This document shows positions 58,048 through 64,000 of a DNA stretch of 64,000 nt, in pieces. Origin of the DNA: an uncultured Eubacteriales bacterium (GTDB lineage: Bacteria; Bacillota; Clostridia; TANB77; CAG-508); assembly GCA_949288095.1 (NCBI GenBank), contig CASEIX010000058.1, forward strand, positions 14,722 through 78,721. Direction: 5' to 3'. Each line of letters starts with the position of its first letter. The stretch's first letter is position 1. The position numbers were made by a program, and so were the translations under genes. The notes under the pieces were generated by a model, which ran no database searches, had not been told where the DNA came from, and saw only the letters and a list, made by a program, of their open reading frames with translations.

Positions 58048-58749
58048 TTAATTATTTCTCAATACTTTATATTTTAACTGTATATATGAATCCTTTAGAA
58101 CGTTACATTCTAATAATTCTAATGCTTTTAATTTATTTAACTCTTCTATTTTAGATATAGACTTTCCATCAATTAATGTACTTGTATTTGCTCCTCCAAC
58201 TAAAATTGGCGCTATTACAATATTTACATAGTCAATTAAATTTTCCCTTAAAAATTCACCATTTAAGGTTCCTCCAGATTGAATCGTAATTTTTTCTACA
58301 TCATAATCACTTTTTAAATCTTCCATCATCTTTGTTAAATCTATATTCTCATAATACAAAATTTTTAGGTTATCAAATTTGTCTAATAATTTGTATGCAG
58401 GATGATTTTTATTGTCTGTTACTAAAAATAAGTTGTCAACCCAATTGCATAAATATTCTATACCTTTTTCATTTAAATGTGGTTTTCTATCAATAATGAT
58501 AAATCCACAATCTAGCTTTTGTGGTTTTTCTGTTCTTTCATTAACTCCTATTTTTGCCATTGTTCTTCCTGTATTTAAAGAATACCTATCTGTTGTTTGT
58601 TCAATTTCATAATATTGATGTAATCCTTCTTTCACACCATTGATTTTACACCAATCTCTATCAACATCTAATTCATCACTATCTCCACTATTAATTTTGC
58701 CATCTAATGACATTAACATAAATAAAGTATTAATTGGTCTGTTATTCAT
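58048..58749 (-). CDS. dihydrofolate reductase-like (RibD C-terminal domain) family protein
   Basis: N-terminal NTLFMLMSLDGKI and C-terminal VNIVIAPILVGG motifs are present. Confidence 0.6.
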   Translation of the reverse strand: MNNRPINTLFMLMSLDGKINSGDSDELDVDRDWCKINGVKEGLHQYYEIEQTTDRYSLNTGRTMAKIGVNERTEKPQKLDCGFIIIDRKPHLNEKGIEYLCNWVDNLFLVTDNKNHPAYKLLDKFDNLKILYYENIDLTKMMEDLKSDYDVEKITIQSGGTLNGEFLRENLIDYVNIVIAPILVGGANTSTLIDGKSISKIEELNKLKALELLECNVLKDSYIQLKYKVLRNN

Positions 58750-58863
58750 TTTATCTCCCTTCGAATTTTCTATTAAATTAATTCAAATTTTTTGATTTTC
58801 ATTTTGAGTTGTTACTGTAATATTTAAACTCATATATATCACCTTTGATTTTTATATTCATAA

Positions 58864-59382
58864 CTATTTTTTTGCAATATATTTTTCACTTACAATTTTA
58901 TAAAGTTCTTTGGCACCATTACTTAATTCTCTTTCATCTACTTCACCAATTTTGTATCTTTCATATCCTAAACACTTGTCTGGTTCTGCTATTGTTAATT
59001 CACCACTTTTTAAAGTTCCTTTATATACCAAATATATCCAAGGCTGTTCTTTATCATATCTATTGTCAAATGTAGTAGCATATGTTGATGTAATAAATTC
59101 TCTTATTTCTATATTGGCTTCTGTTCCAACCTCTTCTACTATTTCTCTATTCAAGGCAGTTCTAAAGTCAATGTCATCTTCTTTTACTCTTCCACCAATT
59201 GTTTCTAATTTGAATCTTTCATCTCTACAACCTGGTCCTCTTCTTTGAAAAATAATTCTATTATCTTTATCAAAAGCATATACAATCACTGCCACTTTAT
59301 AATCTTTTGATATGTTATTATTATCTTTTAGTATTTCTTTTAGCTCTTTCATATCTTTTACTTCTGGAATATATAATTGCAT
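58864..59382 (-). CDS. NUDIX hydrolase
   Basis: The Nudix box is GGRVKEDDIDFRTALNREIVEEVG. Confidence 0.75.
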   Translation of the reverse strand: MQLYIPEVKDMKELKEILKDNNNISKDYKVAVIVYAFDKDNRIIFQRRGPGCRDERFKLETIGGRVKEDDIDFRTALNREIVEEVGTEANIEIREFITSTYATTFDNRYDKEQPWIYLVYKGTLKSGELTIAEPDKCLGYERYKIGEVDERELSNGAKELYKIVSEKYIAKK

Positions 59383-59463
59383 GTTAATCCTCCATATTCA
59401 ATACACTATTTTTATATAGGTCTTATACTTCTCTTATCTGCACTTGAATTCTATCATATAAAG

Positions 59464-59497
59464 ACAAAAAAAGGAAGTGTTCTTTATAAACACTCCT
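59464..59497 (-). terminator. rho-independent terminator of the nitroreductase gene
   Basis: The stem aggaagtgtt/aacactcct is followed on the minus strand by T7. Confidence 0.6.
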
Positions 59498-59521
59498 TCA
59501 CAAATTTGCTAAATTATATAT

Positions 59522-60088
59522 CTACTTATTATCGTATGTATCAAAATGTACAGTATCTTTGTAACTTCTTAATTCTTTATTTAGAATTTTCTCTCTATCA
59601 TCTTTATATCCTAAAGATAATAATGCTACCAATTCTATATTATCTGGTAGGTTTAATATCTCTCTAGAAATTTTTTTATCTTCTACATGTTTTTCATGAT
59701 ATAGAAAACAACTTAAAACACAAGCACCAATACCAAAACTTTCAGCTGCTAATATCATATTCTCTATAGATAAAGCAGAGCTTAATATATATTCTTTATA
59801 TTTAGGATCATTGTCCTTATTTGCTAATACCGCAATAATAGCGGGAGCATCTTTCATAAATTGTCTATCTTCATAATGTAGTGCCAGTTGTTCTTTAATC
59901 TTTTGATCCTCTATAACAATATATTCTGTTACTTGACAATCTGGTTTTGGTTTACCTCCAAATGGTGCATGTCTTCCACAATTTATGATTGTTTCTATTA
60001 TATCTTTTGGTATCCTCTTATTTATATATTTTCTGTGACTTCTTCTGTTTATAATTAAATTGATTATTTCATTATTAGCTTGATTCAT
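59522..60088 (-). CDS. nitroreductase family protein
   Basis: The N-terminus LIINRRSHRKY and the C-terminal region are conserved. 188 aa. Confidence 0.85.
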   Translation of the reverse strand: MNQANNEIINLIINRRSHRKYINKRIPKDIIETIINCGRHAPFGGKPKPDCQVTEYIVIEDQKIKEQLALHYEDRQFMKDAPAIIAVLANKDNDPKYKEYILSSALSIENMILAAESFGIGACVLSCFLYHEKHVEDKKISREILNLPDNIELVALLSLGYKDDREKILNKELRSYKDTVHFDTYDNK

Positions 60089-60250
60089 AAAATTTTCTCC
60101 TTTCGAAATTATTTATACAACTATTTTTTGTATCTGTTTCTCTGAATTTTCCATCCTTAACTTTCATTTTCAACTACACGATTTTTTCGTGCAGTTCACT
60201 TCTCTCATCTATGAATTTTTGTTTTAAGTCTCATCTCTCTTTATTTTTGA

Positions 60251-61126
60251 TTACTCTTCAAACATTTCCGCTAATCTTATTCCTATAGTATATCCCTCTT
60301 TATAGAAGTCATCTAATGACATATTTAAATAATCATATCTATAGCATAACTCCAAAGTTACTGGTCCATTATAATTGCATTCTTTTAGTTTCTTTATAAC
60401 ATCTTTCCAATCGATTGTTCCATCAAATGGTAATAAGTGCAAATCATCTGATTTATCATTATCATGTAAATGTACTGCAAAAATTCTATCTTTAAAAAAT
60501 TCAAAATTAAACTCATCATCAAAATGCACATGATAATGTCCTGCATCAAAACAAATTCCTACATTTTCATCTTTTATATTGTCTAACACATATTCTAAGT
60601 AACCTTTAATTTTTGTATTTTCAAATGCAACTTTCATGTTTAATTCTTTTGCATATTGTACAATTTTTTTAATTCTATTTAATCCAATTTCTCCATACAT
60701 AGGTGCTTTTTTATGGCTCGTTAGATGCATGACTACCATTGGTATTCCATTATCATGACATTCTCTAATATCTTTTTTATATCTTTCTACTTGGTTATCT
60801 CCTTCATTTCCATCTTCCCAAATGGAATTGATATTTTGATATCCTAAGTGTGCAAATATAATATTTAGACCTAGCTCTTTGCATAATTTCACTTGTTCTT
60901 CTTGGTTATGTTCCCAATTTTCATCAAACCATTGAACAAATACATTTTTAAATTCTGCGTTTTTTATAGATTTTATTGTTTCTATAACACTTACTTTTTC
61001 ATTTTCATTTTGAATTGCTACTGCAAGTTCTTTCATACTATGCCTCCATACTTGTATTTTTAGTAATTTTTGATACATTTTAAATATAAAGTATCTTTTC
61101 TCCGATATTTTTATCATTCTATTCAA
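60251..61126 (-). CDS. sugar phosphate isomerase/epimerase (xylose isomerase-like TIM barrel)
   Basis: Metal-binding motifs are GICFDAGHYH and HLHDND. 291 aa. Confidence 0.8.
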   Translation of the reverse strand: MNRMIKISEKRYFIFKMYQKLLKIQVWRHSMKELAVAIQNENEKVSVIETIKSIKNAEFKNVFVQWFDENWEHNQEEQVKLCKELGLNIIFAHLGYQNINSIWEDGNEGDNQVERYKKDIRECHDNGIPMVVMHLTSHKKAPMYGEIGLNRIKKIVQYAKELNMKVAFENTKIKGYLEYVLDNIKDENVGICFDAGHYHVHFDDEFNFEFFKDRIFAVHLHDNDKSDDLHLLPFDGTIDWKDVIKKLKECNYNGPVTLELCYRYDYLNMSLDDFYKEGYTIGIRLAEMFEE

Positions 61127-61151
61127 CCAATGTAATATAATTTCAACAAAT

Positions 61152-61847
61152 TTAAGTATCTAATGAAATATCATACCAATCTTGCAATTCACTTACAAGC
61201 CATTCCAATCCTCTTCTTCTTTCTACAACAACACCTGGATTTAAATTCCCAATAGAGGTTTCTGGTTTGACTCTTTTTTCAACACAAGCCCAATGATATC
61301 TGTAATATAAATCTAACATATCAAGAATTTCATTTACATCTCTCAATTTACATTTACTTTTAAAATCTTCGTACGAATTACTTTCATTAAATAAATTTAT
61401 AGCGTAATCACAATCACATATATTACTTGCATCTGATATATCATCTACTAAACCTAAAGCCCAAATTAAAGACCAATACGTTTCATATTCCCAATCTATA
61501 TCGATTGCATCTTGCATTTCAAAAGTGCCATCTAATATTTTCTTTTCTTTTTTATTTAAACAATCAAAAACATTAAATTTTTTTAATAAATTTGAAATAA
61601 TTTCAACTGATTCTTCATATTGCCCATTATTAATATCACAAGCAAGTTGTATTACTAAAAAACTAGCCATTGCCCTTTTACATATTTCATCAAGACTTTT
61701 TAGTTTTACCTCGTTACTTGATTCAATACAAGGAAGTGACTCATAACATGCAATTTTTTGCTTTTTTATTTTCGCATTTGAAACTGCTCTTCTTGTTACT
61801 TTTTCTGCCTCAATATTGTCAAACTTATTCTTATTAAATAATCCCAT
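61152..61847 (-). CDS. hypothetical protein (DUF4272-like)
   Basis: 231 aa. WEYETYWSLIWALGL resembles the DUF4272 family. Confidence 0.4.
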   Translation of the reverse strand: MGLFNKNKFDNIEAEKVTRRAVSNAKIKKQKIACYESLPCIESSNEVKLKSLDEICKRAMASFLVIQLACDINNGQYEESVEIISNLLKKFNVFDCLNKKEKKILDGTFEMQDAIDIDWEYETYWSLIWALGLVDDISDASNICDCDYAINLFNESNSYEDFKSKCKLRDVNEILDMLDLYYRYHWACVEKRVKPETSIGNLNPGVVVERRRGLEWLVSELQDWYDISLDT

Positions 61848-61851
61848 ATTT

Positions 61852-62382
61852 TTAATCTCCTTTATCTTTCTTTATTTTTATTTTTTTATAATCAAATCTA
61901 TACATACCAACAATTGTAGATATTGTCATTAACGAATCTGAAATTGCTGCTGTGTAAGCTTGACATACAATGTCATATATAATCCATAATACTATATTTA
62001 CTAATGATATTCTTCTTATATTTTTTTCTTTATCTTGTATTATCGTTATCGTGTACAATATTGAGCATATTATAGGAAGAATATCTATCAGACTATTGAA
62101 TGTAATTGCACCTAATATAATGGATATAACTATGTATATTCCAATTATTACCTTTGGTACTTGTTGTTGTTTCTTTTCGAATATTTTATTGATAAATGTT
62201 TGTATGATTGCAAACAAGCAAATTATAGCACCACTATAACTTTGTAACAAAATAAAATTTATTGCAGAGAACAGATTTGCTAAAATAAACATGAGAATGA
62301 TTTGCTTCTTATTTTTCATTTGCATTGAAAGAACATTTGCTATGATAACTAATATTCCAAAAAACTGGGCAACTATAAACAT
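61852..62382 (-). CDS. hypothetical membrane protein (five TM helices)
   Basis: Hydrophobic helices throughout and a basic C-terminus. Confidence 0.45.
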   Translation of the reverse strand: MFIVAQFFGILVIIANVLSMQMKNKKQIILMFILANLFSAINFILLQSYSGAIICLFAIIQTFINKIFEKKQQQVPKVIIGIYIVISIILGAITFNSLIDILPIICSILYTITIIQDKEKNIRRISLVNIVLWIIYDIVCQAYTAAISDSLMTISTIVGMYRFDYKKIKIKKDKGD

Positions 62383-62636
62383 TATTATTTACTCCTTTTC
62401 AATCTATCTTTTTCTTAATTTTTTTCTTATTTAATTTTCTTATATCTAATATATAAAATAAGGTATATTGCAGAGTTACACATCTACTATCTATCATTTT
62501 TATATATAGAAACTATTTTTTTAAGTAATAATACACAATCAGCATATTTTTTCATATCTGTTGTTAATTCAAGTTTTACATTTAAATTGCAATTTGTATT
62601 TATAGCAGGGAAATTTAACAAAATCCGTGCTACATT

Positions 62637-63467
62637 TTAACCATTTTTCTTATTTTTCACTAATTCTTCATGATAAAAATAGTTTATATATTTTACATTA
62701 TTTATTTCACAATAATCTTTAATCTCTTTAGATAAATCATTCCAGTATTTTTTATTTCCTTTCATATAAATATCATTATATTCATTTATCAACTTGGGAT
62801 ACTTTTCTTGAATATACAATAATATTTTTGTTTTATAATCTCCTCTTAAATTCAAATTTTCAAACCAATATTCATCTATATATGCTTTACTAATTTCTAT
62901 AATCTCCTTAAAATTTGTTATATATGGAAACATAGGTGACATGAACAAAACTGTATATATTCCGTTTTCGTGAAGTGTTCTTAAAGTACTTAATCTTTCT
63001 TTTATCGAACTTGCATTATCCATATCATTTTTAAAGTTTTCATCTAATGTATTAATAGACATTGATACCGTTAAGTTTTTCATCTGTTTTAGTAAATCTA
63101 TATCTCTTAATATTAGTTTGGATTTTGTTGATATGTTTAAATTGCAATTAACATTTATTAATTCTTTTAAAATTCTTCTTGTTATTTTATATTTTTCTTC
63201 AAATTTATTATAACAATCAGTTACTGATGATAGAAATACCGTTTTATTTTCTAGTTTCTTTGTATTTATTTTCTTATCACATCTTTTTATATCAATGAAA
63301 GTTCCCCATTCCTCTTTATGTCCAGTAAATCTCTTCATAAAGCTTGCATAGCAGTATTTACATCCATGTGGGCAACCAACATAAGGATTTATGACATAGT
63401 CACTAGATGGTAAATTAGATTTAGTTAAGTAGTCTTTAACTTGTATTTCTTTTTCTATAATATTCAT
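62637..63467 (-). CDS. radical SAM protein (SplB/DNA-repair photolyase-like family)
   Basis: The CX3CX2C motif is GCPHGCKYC. 276 aa. Confidence 0.75.
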   Translation of the reverse strand: MNIIEKEIQVKDYLTKSNLPSSDYVINPYVGCPHGCKYCYASFMKRFTGHKEEWGTFIDIKRCDKKINTKKLENKTVFLSSVTDCYNKFEEKYKITRRILKELINVNCNLNISTKSKLILRDIDLLKQMKNLTVSMSINTLDENFKNDMDNASSIKERLSTLRTLHENGIYTVLFMSPMFPYITNFKEIIEISKAYIDEYWFENLNLRGDYKTKILLYIQEKYPKLINEYNDIYMKGNKKYWNDLSKEIKDYCEINNVKYINYFYHEELVKNKKNG

Positions 63468-63479
63468 TTTTACTCCTAT

Positions 63480-63923
63480 TTATTTTCTATTAAAAAAACT
63501 TTTTAAAGCTAAAATAATTTTGTTGTACCATTTTTCATTCAATAAAGTTATATTTGTATTTTTAATATTATTTCCAACCTCATTTAATTCCTTATTTTTA
63601 AATAAATTATCAGGATTATATAAACTTCTTTTTTTGTCTTCTACTTCTTTAAATGCTTCTACTTCTTTTTGCTTTAATACTTTTTTCTGCTCATCTGTTG
63701 CCCAATAATCTTCAAACAAAATTGTAAATATAGCTTTAGTTTCAGGCATCATATCTTGTTCAAAAAAACTTTTTGTTTCATCAATTTTATAACTATAGTT
63801 TTCATCTCTATATTTTAAAAAAACTTTCAATTTTGTCTCTGGTATCTTTTTTACTTGTTCAGTTGAAAAAAATTTTAATAATTCAAGTACCTCTGTATAT
63901 GCTTTTGTGGTAGTCTTTTTCAT
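63480..63923 (-). CDS. hypothetical protein
   Basis: 147 aa, charged. No family recognised. Confidence 0.4.
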   Translation of the reverse strand: MKKTTTKAYTEVLELLKFFSTEQVKKIPETKLKVFLKYRDENYSYKIDETKSFFEQDMMPETKAIFTILFEDYWATDEQKKVLKQKEVEAFKEVEDKKRSLYNPDNLFKNKELNEVGNNIKNTNITLLNEKWYNKIILALKSFFNRK

Positions 63924-64000
63924 ATATTTTTAACCTTCCTTTGTTTATTTTTCAATGTTAGATCCTTTAAATTCTTTTTCTCCTGTTGATAATTCTTCTC

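Overview
This is an AT-rich chromosomal segment from a low-GC Firmicute, most likely a Clostridia-like organism. It carries about 60 protein-coding genes and every one of them is on the minus strand. No rRNA, tRNA or CRISPR array is visible.

The backbone is housekeeping. It includes IMP dehydrogenase (guaB), a pta-ackA-ackA fermentation cluster, SAM synthetase (metK) and a cysteine desulfurase (NifS/IscS family). It also holds a class A penicillin-binding protein, purH and a compact ispF-ispE-ispD isoprenoid operon. Among these sit many small hydrolases: three Nudix, two GNAT, two HD, plus HAD, cupin and flavodoxin-like proteins.

Five accessory-looking features stand out:
- Two very large tandem secreted peptidoglycan hydrolases carry 6-7 Big_2-type Ig-like repeats each. 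One is an amidase and one is glucosaminidase-like. They lie next to a polysaccharide pyruvyl transferase.
- An envelope-stress-like operon encodes a LiaF-like membrane protein, two DUF4097 proteins and a fused MacB-type ABC transporter.
- An orphan HerA/FtsK/VirB4-class P-loop ATPase (642 aa) is followed by a cysteine-rich repeat protein of unknown function. This is the best candidate for an undescribed two-gene module, possibly a defence or DNA-processing system.
- A roughly 150-bp intergenic element occurs in two full copies and one partial copy. It combines a terminator hairpin, a 16-bp inverted repeat enclosing a TTGACA-N16-18-TATACAA promoter-like box, and a hairpin-rich candidate sRNA body. 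Two of the copies are inverted relative to each other and sit 21 kb apart.
- A 257-bp MITE-like element has 47-bp terminal inverted repeats.

Other notable items are an array of 50-bp structured tandem repeats in a promoter region and two genes disrupted by frameshifts in simple-sequence runs (an MBL-fold hydrolase and a GNAT). There is also a PAP2-DgkA fusion, a 210-residue K/E-rich N-terminal extension on PBP1A, and a metK gene with no recognisable SAM riboswitch.
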